Source: an uncultured bacterium
GTDB lineage: Bacteria; Chlamydiota; Chlamydiia; Chlamydiales; SM23-39
Assembly: GCA_964349755.1 (NCBI GenBank)
Contig: CAYGHT010000003.1
Span: 1-32,533, forward strand
Direction of reading: 5' to 3'
DNA length: 32,533 nt
In this document: piece after piece, positions 23,947 through 32,533 of the stretch
Numbering within the stretch: the first letter of the stretch is position 1
Layout: every line of letters starts with the position of its first letter
Program-made: the position numbers and the translations under genes
The notes under the pieces: model-generated
The model's input: the letters and a program-made list of their open reading frames with translations, nothing else
Told to the model about the DNA's origin: nothing
Database searches by the model: none

Positions 23947-25608
23947 TTATTCAGTGGCTTTCATGAGCAGTCCCATGAGGGGATAGCGGTTGACGGGGTT
24001 GCCTTGGCAGATGGTGTCGAGTAGGAAGTTGATGCTTCGCTCGTCTCGGCGCGAGGCGATGGCGAGGACGGAGTCGATCAAGAGCTTTGAGGTCTCTTCG
24101 GGGGTCAGGCTATAGTCGGTTTGTTCGAGGCGGTATTTCCAGGGGAGGAGGGGGCGGAAGCGGATGAGCTCGGCTTGTTTTTGTTGTAGGACCCAGCGGC
24201 GCACGTAGTCTTCGTGGGGGCCCTTCTCTTTCATTCGGTAGAGGGCGAGATGGCAATAGCTCCGGATGAGGGGATTGGTCTGCATCGTTGTCCCTTCGCG
24301 TAAAATGGCTTTGGCGCCGTCGGTCTGTAAATTTTCAAGCAGAGCGATGAGACACGGGATGAGATCGCTCTGTTGCCGTTTGAAAAGGAGCCGCGCTAAG
24401 TGTAGAAAACTCTCTTCGGGTAGATGGAGCGATTCGCGCAGGATGTGCTCTCGAATGGCGACGGAATAAGAAAGATCGATCGAGGGGTCGTTTGCGTGGA
24501 GTTGTGCGGAGGGGACTGCTTTGAGTGCACTCAAGGTGCGGCCGACCGATGCGAGGGGTTGGAATGCGACGTCCCGCAAATCTTGGACCAGGATTTCGGC
24601 GATGACCACGGAGGCTCTGGGGTCGCGCCGCTGCAGAAGGGCAACGCCTGCGTTGAGGCGGACCTGGAGATCGGCAGAGGTGCTTAATTGAGCGAGGAGC
24701 TCTTCTGAGCCACTCACGGCGCCGAGCGCAGCGATGGCAAAGAGGTTGGATTTCTGGGCGAGCTGTTCGATGAGCGTCACAGCGCTTCTGTCGCCGAGAT
24801 GGAGGAGAGCAAGCGCTGCAGCGAGTCGCACGGTGTCTGTGGAGGCGCTCACATGTCGTTTGAGTTTGGGAATGGAGTGGCTGTCTTTGAGCGCGCCCAT
24901 TGCGAAGATGACGGCTTCGAGTTCGGCGACATGGGAGTGGGTGAGCCGTTTGCGAAAGGCGGGGAGAAAGTCGTCACGGCCGAGCTTTGCCACTTGGATG
25001 ATCGATTCGATGCGCACCTGTGGCTCGGGATCCTCGCTCAATCTGCGCAGTGTTTGGGTTGCTTCGTTCGTTCCAATCAGAGCAAATAGAGAGGGAAAGA
25101 AGGGTTTGAATTGAGGGGGTAAGCGGAACATGAGCCCTTCGATTTGACCGACTGCGTGGGGGTGTTTGCGCTGGGCCAAATAAAAGGCGGCCTCCATCCG
25201 CGTGGAGAGAAAATCGGAGCTCATGGCGCGGTGCAAGATGTCGTTGGTTCGATCGTCTTCGATTTGAGAGATGAAATGGAGCGCCATGAGTTGCGTTTGG
25301 GGATCCGGATGTTCGATCCCCAGCTCGAGAATATCGAGCGCTCCGATCGATCCGGAAAGCCCTGCGCCGAAGAGCGTCATGAGAAAACTGTCGGGCTCTT
25401 CGCTGCTTGCCCCTTTTTGCAAAAGACTCATCCCCATTTGCTGGAGCGTCTCAAAATCGTGACGCCCCGCGGCAGCCGTGTATTCTTTGTAGCGCCGAAT
25501 GGATTCTTCGACTTTCTGTTGCTGCATGAGAAACAGGCTTTGAAGGCGTAAATCTTGCAAGGGCGCCGCGAGGAGCGCTACACCAATGCTGAGCGAAAGA
25601 AGTCCCAT
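23947..25608 (-). CDS. HEAT/PBS-lyase-like repeat protein with an N-terminal signal/anchor
   Basis: Helical repeats recur about every 30-35 aa and carry D/E-P-x-x-x-V-R-type signatures (EDPEPQVRIESI, STDTVRLAAALAL, SADLQVRLNAGVAL). The N-terminus is MGLLSLSIGVALLAAPL. It overlaps maf by 31 nt. Confidence 0.75.
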   Translation of the reverse strand: MGLLSLSIGVALLAAPLQDLRLQSLFLMQQQKVEESIRRYKEYTAAAGRHDFETLQQMGMSLLQKGASSEEPDSFLMTLFGAGLSGSIGALDILELGIEHPDPQTQLMALHFISQIEDDRTNDILHRAMSSDFLSTRMEAAFYLAQRKHPHAVGQIEGLMFRLPPQFKPFFPSLFALIGTNEATQTLRRLSEDPEPQVRIESIIQVAKLGRDDFLPAFRKRLTHSHVAELEAVIFAMGALKDSHSIPKLKRHVSASTDTVRLAAALALLHLGDRSAVTLIEQLAQKSNLFAIAALGAVSGSEELLAQLSTSADLQVRLNAGVALLQRRDPRASVVIAEILVQDLRDVAFQPLASVGRTLSALKAVPSAQLHANDPSIDLSYSVAIREHILRESLHLPEESFLHLARLLFKRQQSDLIPCLIALLENLQTDGAKAILREGTTMQTNPLIRSYCHLALYRMKEKGPHEDYVRRWVLQQKQAELIRFRPLLPWKYRLEQTDYSLTPEETSKLLIDSVLAIASRRDERSINFLLDTICQGNPVNRYPLMGLLMKATE

Positions 25609-26201
25609 AAATCGAGCCCCGCAACTTGTTTTAAGAGGCGCCTAGTCGTTTGAAGCGGCAACCCCATGACGTTGTAATAACACCCTTCGATTCTTTTGAC
25701 AATGAGTGCTCCTGCTTGCTGGATGGCGTACCCGCCCGCTTTGTCAAACGGATGGAAGGCTGCGGCGTACTTGGCGATTTCCCCATCCGTCAGCTCGCAA
25801 AAGTGGACCCGCGTCTCTTCGGCCTCTCCTTTAAGTCCAGAGGGCCCCGCGACGACCACGCCAGTAAACACCTGGTGCTCAACACCCGCAAGAGCGCGAA
25901 GCATGGCATGAGCCTCCTCGGCCGTTCCCGGCTTCATGAACAGCTGGCCTTGTCTATGCACCACAGTATCCGCAGTCAAAATGGTAGAAGAAGGGTATTG
26001 TGCTTTAAGATGCAGCGCCTTGCGGCGCGCAACCTCGATCGCATAGGCCGCCGGATCACCCGAAAAAGGGACCGATTCCTCATCGACATCTGGACGAATC
26101 ACACGAAAGGGAAGCCCAAAGAAGGAGAGAATCTCCCGGCGGCGAGGGGATTGGGAGCCGAGGATGAGGTCGTTGGGTAGTGGCATTGTGAGGGTGAGCA
26201 T
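25578..26201 (-). CDS. maf: Maf-family nucleoside triphosphate pyrophosphatase
   Basis: Motifs are LILGSQSPRRREIL, ILTADTVV and DKAGGYAIQ. An alternative start lies at 26186. Confidence 0.9.
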   Translation of the reverse strand: MLTLTMPLPNDLILGSQSPRRREILSFFGLPFRVIRPDVDEESVPFSGDPAAYAIEVARRKALHLKAQYPSSTILTADTVVHRQGQLFMKPGTAEEAHAMLRALAGVEHQVFTGVVVAGPSGLKGEAEETRVHFCELTDGEIAKYAAAFHPFDKAGGYAIQQAGALIVKRIEGCYYNVMGLPLQTTRRLLKQVAGLDLWDFFRSALV

Positions 26202-26255
26202 GCCATACGAGCCGAGTTTTTAGAAAATGGTGTGTGTGGTATACTCGGAGGCCCT

Positions 26256-27293
26256 ATGACGAGTGGAATCGATCAGAAACACAGATGCTCTGAGTATGAG
26301 CCACGTCCGACGCCTTCGTCGAATGAAAGGCCGCCTCTTGAACGGAATTTATTAGGAGAGCTGGCTGCTGTTAGCGGTGGGACGCCACTCATCCCGTTGC
26401 CTCATTCGCGTCCTGATCAGTCACAGCCGACGCCAACTCCCGACATCAAACGCAAGATAGAGCCTCTCCCAGAATTAGGGTCTGGGTTCTTTGAGCGCAC
26501 AGCGTTGGCGATCAAGTACTATGTCCTCAGGTTTTTTGCTTGGGTGCGCGGCGAGAAGATGGAATCGGAGATTCCTGCTGGACTCAAGAAGCCTTATGTG
26601 CTTCGACAGATTCCAGACGAATTATTTAACGACTTCACAACATTAAGAACTCAGTCATTTGTTAAATGGTTGAGGGAAAACATCGATACATATTTCAGCG
26701 CGGAGCGGAAAAAGGAGATTTTTCGCGCTATAAGTCGAAGCAATAATGTGGAGCGAGGCAATGCTATATTTGATCGAGAGCCGTTGTCCATATTCTTGTA
26801 CTTAACAGAGACGCGATGGCAAGCCTCAGAGTGGGGATTTTTCGAGCGATTAGCCAATTCCATTAAGGACAAAATAGTCCGTAGATTGGATTCAAATCAC
26901 ACAGCCATTTGTGTGAAAGCCTTTCGTGAAGCGGTGGAAGAGGAAACGGGAGTAAAAATTGAGCGCCACATCTTGCTTTTCGTGCCTGCACTTCGTGCAG
27001 GGCTTTCTTCTGGCCAACTCCGGGCACAGTACATCGGAAAGGGCAAGGAAGAAGACGGGGGGTTTTACCGCAATCTCGGAAAGGAGATTTCCTTCCACGA
27101 AGGAGAGGAAGATGGATGGGAACAGATCGGTCGCGCGGCCTTTGAGCGGGACCCATTTTGCGTGCTTCTTTACTTAAGTCCACATGCGCCGGACCACGTT
27201 CGGAGCCCTTTCGTATCACCTTCTCGTCGCCATCTCCCTACTTCCCACGCCCCTTCTTCGCCGTCACCAGAGGCCCAGACGCTTTCGACGTGA
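26256..27293 (+). CDS. hypothetical protein with an internal ~118-aa duplication
   Basis: I prefer the ATG at 26256 (GGAGG upstream) over the GTG at 26232. Repeated landmarks are GFFERTALAIK and GFFERLANSIK, and GNAIFDREPLSIFLYLTE and GRAAFERDPFCVLLYLSP. The last ~18 codons overlap the convergent gene, so the true 3' end should be regarded with caution. Confidence 0.55.
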   Translation: MTSGIDQKHRCSEYEPRPTPSSNERPPLERNLLGELAAVSGGTPLIPLPHSRPDQSQPTPTPDIKRKIEPLPELGSGFFERTALAIKYYVLRFFAWVRGEKMESEIPAGLKKPYVLRQIPDELFNDFTTLRTQSFVKWLRENIDTYFSAERKKEIFRAISRSNNVERGNAIFDREPLSIFLYLTETRWQASEWGFFERLANSIKDKIVRRLDSNHTAICVKAFREAVEEETGVKIERHILLFVPALRAGLSSGQLRAQYIGKGKEEDGGFYRNLGKEISFHEGEEDGWEQIGRAAFERDPFCVLLYLSPHAPDHVRSPFVSPSRRHLPTSHAPSSPSPEAQTLST

Positions 27294-29109
27294 CGTCGAT
27301 CCAAATGGGTGAGCTCCAGGCGATGTGGCCGTCGGCTTGTACGACGCGTAGGTAATAATAGATGAACGGGCAGCGCTCGCCCTTGGCGGGGATGGCGACG
27401 GTTCCGATTTGGTCCATGTCGTCGATGGCGAATTCGACGCGGTCGCCTGCGAGCTCGAGGGTGCGGAATACTTTGCCGTTGCGCAGCAAGATGGCTTCGC
27501 GCAGCGGCTTGGTGCCGATGGCGTAGCCGGTGATGTGGCGATTGAACTCGAGGCCGGGGCGGCTTTTGGTGTCGAGCTCAGCGCCCATGCCAGAGGTTGC
27601 GATGTGGAGTCCTAAAATGATTCGCTCTCCGGTGGTGGCAAAGCAAGAGCGGGCTTGGAGGGCTTCGATGAGCGAGGCTCGGCTGTGTTCTTTGGCTAAG
27701 ATGGCGGTGAGACCGGCTGTGTATTGAGTCTGATTTGTTTCAAAGAGCTTACTGTAGGGGCCTCGATCGTCGTAGCCGCCGGCGGTGAATCCGAAGCGGT
27801 GTCCTTGGTTGAGCGCTTTCACGAGCGAGCCTTCTGCAGATTCATTGATGGTTTCTTTTCCACTGCCGGAAATGGGGCGCAAGTTTTTTTCTTTGGCGGT
27901 GCATTCTGAAGAGCCCCACGCATTGTAAATTTCGGCAATGCGCTCGAATTCTGGGTTGAAATCCTCAAAGTTATAGCAAGTGGTTTTTCCCATGGAAAAG
28001 GTCGGGATTGCGAGCATTTCTTTGGGGTTATTCGTCTTGTAGATTTTTTTCAGCGAATTGCTTTTTGTGTCTTTGCGCCGGAGCAGCGGCTTTGCATCTT
28101 TGGTGTATACAAATTGACGGATTCCCTCTTCGCCGCTCTCGCCCCACCACTGAAAGCCTAAGAAGGCGACGAAACGGTCGTCTTCGTTGAATTCTGCGAT
28201 CTGGGCAGTGATTTGTTTCCATTGTTCGTTGGAGGTCTCATCGTCTGCTTCAAAGCACGAGGTCGCGATGAACTGAAGGGCGGCGTCATCGCGCATGTAG
28301 CGCAAGTAGGCTTCGATGTTCTCGGATGCGTCAAAGCGGTCGGATTCTCCATGAAAGGTACCCCAAAATAGACTCAAGGGGCCATCGCTCAAGCATTTGA
28401 TGGGAGGAGAGAGGAAGATTTCGCCGCTTTTTTGATTGCGCAGTTGAATTTTGTAGATGCCGGGCTCGTTGAAATAGAGGTTGGGCAAGGCGATGAATCC
28501 GGTCTCTGGGACGAAGAGTTTCCAATTGAGGTTCTCTCGCAGATGTTCATAGCTTAAATCGATGAGTGTCCCTTCAGGGGCGTTCGAGGTGAGGTTGCCG
28601 AATTGATCTTCAAAGCGGACGATGACGTCGAACCGTTTGTTGCGGGTGACGAGCGAAGGGGCGACAATGCGCAAATGGGTGAGCTTGCCACCGCGCACAT
28701 CGAGATGAAATGCTTCGTGCTCTTTGTAATCGCCCTTGCCTTTGGGATCGATCGAAAGGGCAAATACGCGTCGTCGTTGGACGATTTTTTGGCAGAGGTT
28801 ATTTTTTAAGTGAATGATGAAGGGATCGCCGGGCTTGATTTCGATTGGCAGGGTGAACTCAAAGGTCGATTGGGCAGCCGTGGGCAAAAGCGTTTTACCA
28901 CCGGGAAGTTCTCCCCAAAGCAGGTTGTCTTTGGATTTGGGATTGGCCGTTGGGATTTGCCAATCGATCGGTCGATTTCCACTTTGAAAATCGAAGCGGA
29001 GCTTTGTCCCTTTTGGGAGGTTGGTGGCGGTGGTGTAGGTGAATTTCCAGGTGCCGATGACACCAGCTACGGCGTAGTTTGGTTCAGAAAAGCAAATCGA
29101 GCGTCGCAT
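27238..29109 (-). CDS. DUF3604-like protein (PHP-like fold family)
   Basis: The C-terminal ...FIYYYLRVVQADGHIAWSSPIWI matches the DUF3604 terminal signature as I recall it. In the central LFWGTFHGESDRFDAS, the family usually has GD.H.H(S/T). The N-terminal ~240 aa are beta-rich. Confidence 0.75.
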   Translation of the reverse strand: MRRSICFSEPNYAVAGVIGTWKFTYTTATNLPKGTKLRFDFQSGNRPIDWQIPTANPKSKDNLLWGELPGGKTLLPTAAQSTFEFTLPIEIKPGDPFIIHLKNNLCQKIVQRRRVFALSIDPKGKGDYKEHEAFHLDVRGGKLTHLRIVAPSLVTRNKRFDVIVRFEDQFGNLTSNAPEGTLIDLSYEHLRENLNWKLFVPETGFIALPNLYFNEPGIYKIQLRNQKSGEIFLSPPIKCLSDGPLSLFWGTFHGESDRFDASENIEAYLRYMRDDAALQFIATSCFEADDETSNEQWKQITAQIAEFNEDDRFVAFLGFQWWGESGEEGIRQFVYTKDAKPLLRRKDTKSNSLKKIYKTNNPKEMLAIPTFSMGKTTCYNFEDFNPEFERIAEIYNAWGSSECTAKEKNLRPISGSGKETINESAEGSLVKALNQGHRFGFTAGGYDDRGPYSKLFETNQTQYTAGLTAILAKEHSRASLIEALQARSCFATTGERIILGLHIATSGMGAELDTKSRPGLEFNRHITGYAIGTKPLREAILLRNGKVFRTLELAGDRVEFAIDDMDQIGTVAIPAKGERCPFIYYYLRVVQADGHIAWSSPIWIDVTSKASGPLVTAKKGRGK

Positions 29110-29148
29110 GAGTGAAATCCTTGTGAATAGGTCAGTTTGCCCTATGAA

Positions 29149-29592
29149 CTAAATCGAAGTAAAGCGGTTTTGTAAAAAGCGGCAGGGAAAAGCTCCTGCG
29201 TAGGCTTGGATTAGAGAAATGGCGACGCTGGGGCACTCGGAGATGATGGAGAGCAGGTGGCTGCGCGAGAGGGTGAGGAGGAGGGCGTCGGTTTTGGCGT
29301 ACGTGCTGTAGCTGCGCGGGGCGTCGTTGAATAGCGATTCGTCGCCGAAGAACTCGCAGGCGTTGAGCTCGGCGATCGGCAACAGACGCTCATCGAAAAT
29401 CTGGACGGTGCCTTGCGCGATTAAATAAATGCGATTGGCGACTTGTCCGCATCCAAAGATTTTTTCCCCTGCGTCGTAGTCGTCGTCTTGCAGCTTTTCA
29501 GCGAGCGACAGCAAAAGTTCAAAGTCGAGCTCTCCAAAGAGGCGCAAGCTTTTTAAGAAGAAGGTTTTTTCGATGAGGCTAAACGGTTTCAT
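29149..29592 (-). CDS. stand-alone cyclic-nucleotide-binding (CAP_ED) domain protein, 147 aa
   Basis: The start is the internal ATG at 29592 (MKPFSLIEKTFFLKSLRLFGELDFELLLSLAEKL). That start shares an ATGA overlap with the stop of the upstream TLC-HEAT gene. Other features are GEKIFGCGQVANRIYLIAQGTVQI and a phosphate-binding-cassette-like FFGDESLFNDAPRSYSTYA. Confidence 0.85.
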   Translation of the reverse strand: MKPFSLIEKTFFLKSLRLFGELDFELLLSLAEKLQDDDYDAGEKIFGCGQVANRIYLIAQGTVQIFDERLLPIAELNACEFFGDESLFNDAPRSYSTYAKTDALLLTLSRSHLLSIISECPSVAISLIQAYAGAFPCRFLQNRFTSI

Positions 29593-32348
29593 GGTTTGAG
29601 GAGCTCCGTGGCAAATTGGTGAAAGGCCGGTTCTGCCCGTTTCATTTTCTCGCGCAGGCGTTGACGCCAGCCTGGCATTTGGAGTTCGGCTTTCAGTCTC
29701 GTCGCGACGATTTTGTCGAAGAGCGTCGGGGATTCTTCGAGTTGATCGAGCAATTCTAACAGAGTGAGTTTGGGGAAATGGCCCTGCCAGCGGAGGCACG
29801 CGGCCATTTTTTCTTGGGGAGGGAGATCGTCGATGAGCGGCACGATGAGTCGAAACAGGCGCGGATCACAACTTCTTTCCAGACTTTCAATGGCATGGGA
29901 GTGGATTTTCGCATTCTTGCTGTGAAGCGCGCGCACGAGGAGCGATGGATCCTCGAGCGAGCCGGCGGCGCCGAGCAAATGGATGATGAAGTCGATGACG
30001 GAACTGTAGCCGGTGAGGAGCGCATTTTGGAGAAGCCCCAGATCGTAGAGTGGATAATTTTTCTGGATCGTATGGCCGAAGTAAAAATAGAAGTAGGCGC
30101 GCTCGATTTCGATGTCGACAATGTCGATGAGGTGCGCTTGAAGTTCGCTCAAGTTGAGCCTTCCTAAAATTTTGCCTGCAAGGATGCGGGCTCGATCGGG
30201 GAATGCGACATCTTTCGTGATCTGGAGCAGCAGCGGCGCTGCTTCTTGAGCGTACCTTAAGATGACGTCTTCTGCTTTTCTTCGCTCGTTGGGGCGGAAA
30301 TGGATGCTCAGCAATAGGATGTCTTGGATGGCGCTTAAAGGGGCTGTGCGCTGGATGGCCTCGAGGAGTGCGAGGCGTAGCTGATTGTCTTTTGTGGTTC
30401 GGAGAACGGCGAAGAGTGCGTTGGCGATTGCGGGCTCTACGCTTGCCGTCCGCGCAATGCAGCGGGCCGCGGCGCGCTGCACGAGGATTGAAGGGGCGCC
30501 GAGCAACGGAGTGGCCAATGTAGGAGCATCCAATAAATCGAGCGCGACGCTCACTTCATCGATGTGAGTCGATTGGAGCATGTGCTGAAGGGCTTGTTTT
30601 GCGGCCCCGTGCTTCTCGGGATCGGGACTTGTGCGAAGGGCTAGAATGCTCGCGCCGCGCAGCAGTAAATCGGAGTGCTCAAGACCTTGATTCGGATCTT
30701 CTGGATGAAAGAAACCGCGCTTGGCCAAATAGAGCGATGCCCATTTCGTCAGCTCTGGCGAAACAGACGTGTTGATCCACACATCGATCATGGAGACAAT
30801 GTCCGCATCGCTTGCGAAACTGCTCGCTTCAGCCAAGCGAAGTACCTGAATTTTAGCGATGGTTCCCATCCGGTTTGCAGCTTGTACGATCTGAGGAATC
30901 ACTGCAGCATCTCCGAGCTCGAGGAGCCCTTCGATTGCCAAAAGTTGGCTCTCTTCTGAGCCGAGTTGCAAAGACTTGAACAGATCGCTCAACGCCTCTT
31001 TGCGCTCGCGCTTAACCGTTGTGTTGAGCCAGGTTTTAAATTTCAGCTCAAAATGGATGGCATTGTCTTTTAAGTTGGCTAAAATCGCTTGGGGGTAGCC
31101 CTGGCGGATGACCCAGGTCAAGAGGAGAATGAATGCGGTGAGTCCAAGGCCGAGCCACTTGGCTCCCGCTTGCATCGCGAGCAACAGGAGCGAGCTGATG
31201 AGCATGCCAATGGGCTCAAAGAACGAGTCGTTGACGATGCGGACCTTCGATTTGAGCTTCGAGGGGACTGCATTGGAGAGTAAGTTGAAGCAATTGTCTT
31301 CGATGGTGAATAAAATTCCGTCGACTGCCACGAGGCCTAAAACAGCGAAAAGAATCGAATCAAAGCCAATCCATCCTGCATAGAGTGCGCCGAAAAACAA
31401 CGGGGTCACGAGGATGACGTTTTGTAGGCCGGTGCGGCGAACGAATCTGCTGTATACGAAGAGGCCGATGACAATGTTGCAAAGGGAAATCCACGCGCGG
31501 CAGGTGCCTAAAAATTCGGCGATGTGCCCTTTTTCATGCACGGCGAAACTTTGCATGTAATTGAATTCGGTGACGGTGATGAGGAGCTGAGTAAACAAGC
31601 TGAGCAATAGGAGGGAGATGGCAAAGCGCGAGCGCAAAATGAGCGAGACCACAGAAGAGAACGAATCGCGACTTCCCGAAAAGACCCCCTCGACGCTGTC
31701 GTCGTGCACGGGGCTTGCTTGGAAAGCGATTTTGCGCGCTTCGAGCAGGCTTGCGAAGATGGAGGCCGCCCCAAAGAAAAGAAGGCCGGGCGCTCCGATT
31801 GCATCTAAGCATAAACTGATGGCAGAGCCGGATAAAATCGTGCCGAAAAAATAGGCTGCGCTATAGAGCGAATAGACCCGCTTGGCGTCTTGGAGGTCGT
31901 GGTATTGGTCGATGAACGTCCAACTCACTGCGATCATCACGCAAAAAAACATCCGCGCGCCCGTTTTTAGGGCGTACCAAAACCAATCGGGAGGGGAGCC
32001 GCTCATCAGGAGCGCCGAGAGCGCACAAAAAGCGATTCCAAAGCCCATCGCGATCGTGAGAATGCGGTAGGGACTGAGCGATTTAAGGGCATAGAGGACC
32101 AGCGAGGAAACGACGATCATGCCCAGCGCAATGGCGAGGTAGGTGCGGGGAAGGAGGGGCGCGCCGATGTTTTCGAGAAAAAAGGCATCGGAGAGCGTGT
32201 CGAGACACGAGCTCCCGAACGCCCAGAGACAAGCCATCCGGACAAAGCGCATCGCCTGGGAGGCTTCTCCTGGATAAATGCCAAATATTTTTTGGACGAC
32301 TGCCTTCAATTCCCTGCCTGAAATCTGCTGGCCAGAAGTGTCGCGCAA
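29589..32348 (-). CDS. TLC/NTT-like membrane domain fused to a C-terminal HEAT-repeat domain (919 aa)
   Basis: The N-terminal ~430 aa are polytopic, with VSWTFIDQYHDLQDAKRVYSLYSAAYFFG (compare NTT FWGFANQI...AKRFY). Residues ~450-919 are helical repeats. The start is a TTG at 32348. The first ATG (32252) would remove the conserved KIFGIYPGE segment. Confidence 0.82.
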   Translation of the reverse strand: MRDTSGQQISGRELKAVVQKIFGIYPGEASQAMRFVRMACLWAFGSSCLDTLSDAFFLENIGAPLLPRTYLAIALGMIVVSSLVLYALKSLSPYRILTIAMGFGIAFCALSALLMSGSPPDWFWYALKTGARMFFCVMIAVSWTFIDQYHDLQDAKRVYSLYSAAYFFGTILSGSAISLCLDAIGAPGLLFFGAASIFASLLEARKIAFQASPVHDDSVEGVFSGSRDSFSSVVSLILRSRFAISLLLLSLFTQLLITVTEFNYMQSFAVHEKGHIAEFLGTCRAWISLCNIVIGLFVYSRFVRRTGLQNVILVTPLFFGALYAGWIGFDSILFAVLGLVAVDGILFTIEDNCFNLLSNAVPSKLKSKVRIVNDSFFEPIGMLISSLLLLAMQAGAKWLGLGLTAFILLLTWVIRQGYPQAILANLKDNAIHFELKFKTWLNTTVKRERKEALSDLFKSLQLGSEESQLLAIEGLLELGDAAVIPQIVQAANRMGTIAKIQVLRLAEASSFASDADIVSMIDVWINTSVSPELTKWASLYLAKRGFFHPEDPNQGLEHSDLLLRGASILALRTSPDPEKHGAAKQALQHMLQSTHIDEVSVALDLLDAPTLATPLLGAPSILVQRAAARCIARTASVEPAIANALFAVLRTTKDNQLRLALLEAIQRTAPLSAIQDILLLSIHFRPNERRKAEDVILRYAQEAAPLLLQITKDVAFPDRARILAGKILGRLNLSELQAHLIDIVDIEIERAYFYFYFGHTIQKNYPLYDLGLLQNALLTGYSSVIDFIIHLLGAAGSLEDPSLLVRALHSKNAKIHSHAIESLERSCDPRLFRLIVPLIDDLPPQEKMAACLRWQGHFPKLTLLELLDQLEESPTLFDKIVATRLKAELQMPGWRQRLREKMKRAEPAFHQFATELLKP

Positions 32349-32379
32349 GGCGCATTTCTTTTGCTAGAAATAAAAAGCG

Positions 32380-32457
32380 ACCACCATAGAGGGCACAGAG
32401 GTGCGAAACGCGCGTGTTTGCCCTCTTTTCTCTGTGTGCTCTATAGCCCTCTGTGGT
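32380..32457. repeat. palindromic 'CACAGAG' REP/MITE-like element, copy 2
   Basis: The left arm accaccatagagggcacagag pairs imperfectly with the right arm ctctgtgtgctctatagccctctgtggt. The left arm is ~7 nt shorter. The central mini-hairpin gtgcg-aaa-cgcgc (32401-32413) keeps the copy-1 stem through a G-U wobble. The flanking ...ttttctctgtg is shared with copy 1. Confidence 0.55.
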
Positions 32458-32517
32458 AAACCCTGGTCATGAGAAACTGTAACTATTCAGGTGGGGGGCT
32501 CTGAGCACAAGTTTTTG

Positions 32518-32533
32518 AACCACAGAGAACACA
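32518..32533. repeat. possible start of a third 'CACAGAG' element, truncated by the window edge
   Basis: aaccacagagaacaca matches the first bases of the left arm of copies 1 and 2 (aaccac.agag). Only 16 nt are visible. Confidence 0.3.

Noticed and set aside
10562-32533. The possibility that the CACAGAG repeats are a CRISPR array, or terminal repeats bounding a 22-kb mobile element
   Set aside because: Only two full copies are seen, ~22 kb apart, and each is itself palindromic. There are no regularly spaced spacers. The intervening DNA is mostly core housekeeping genes, with no integrase, transposase or phage genes.

Overview
This 32.5-kb chromosomal segment has gene content that points to a chlamydia-related (Chlamydiota-like), fairly GC-rich intracellular bacterium. 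The taxon call is an inference, not a search result. It rests on a TLC/NTT nucleotide transporter, a second TLC-like domain fused to HEAT repeats, a plant/chlamydial-type FabI, and three small proteins with Inc-like bilobed hydrophobic domains. Housekeeping genes are a tamA/tamB-like pair (the tamB-like gene runs off the left edge and is missing from the ORF track), hemL, fabI, parA, nadK, xseAB, tpiA-secG-def, lptD and maf. Between them sit visibly AT-richer accessory insertions. (1) A two-gene cassette between lptD and def (18969-20646) encodes a DUF4365-like PD-(D/E)xK-fold protein plus a 371-aa protein with no motif I recognise. This is my best candidate for an undescribed conflict/defence system. 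(2) An AbiEi/AbiEii type IV toxin-antitoxin pair has an inverted-repeat operator candidate. (3) An orphan HicB antitoxin. Other points of interest follow. Two tandem Inc-like paralogs have ~135-nt upstream leaders that are better conserved than their coding regions, and each leader carries an equal-length 14-codon uORF. An orphan FliO-like gene lies between those paralogs. A TLC-HEAT protein is translationally coupled (ATGA) to a separate cNMP-binding protein and followed by a DUF3604-like gene. Two proteins have internal tandem duplications. A palindromic 'CACAGAG' REP/MITE-like element occurs in at least two copies, with a possible third cut by the right edge. I found no rRNA, tRNA, CRISPR array, integrase or transposase. 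All family assignments come from motif recognition by eye and need HMM or structure confirmation.
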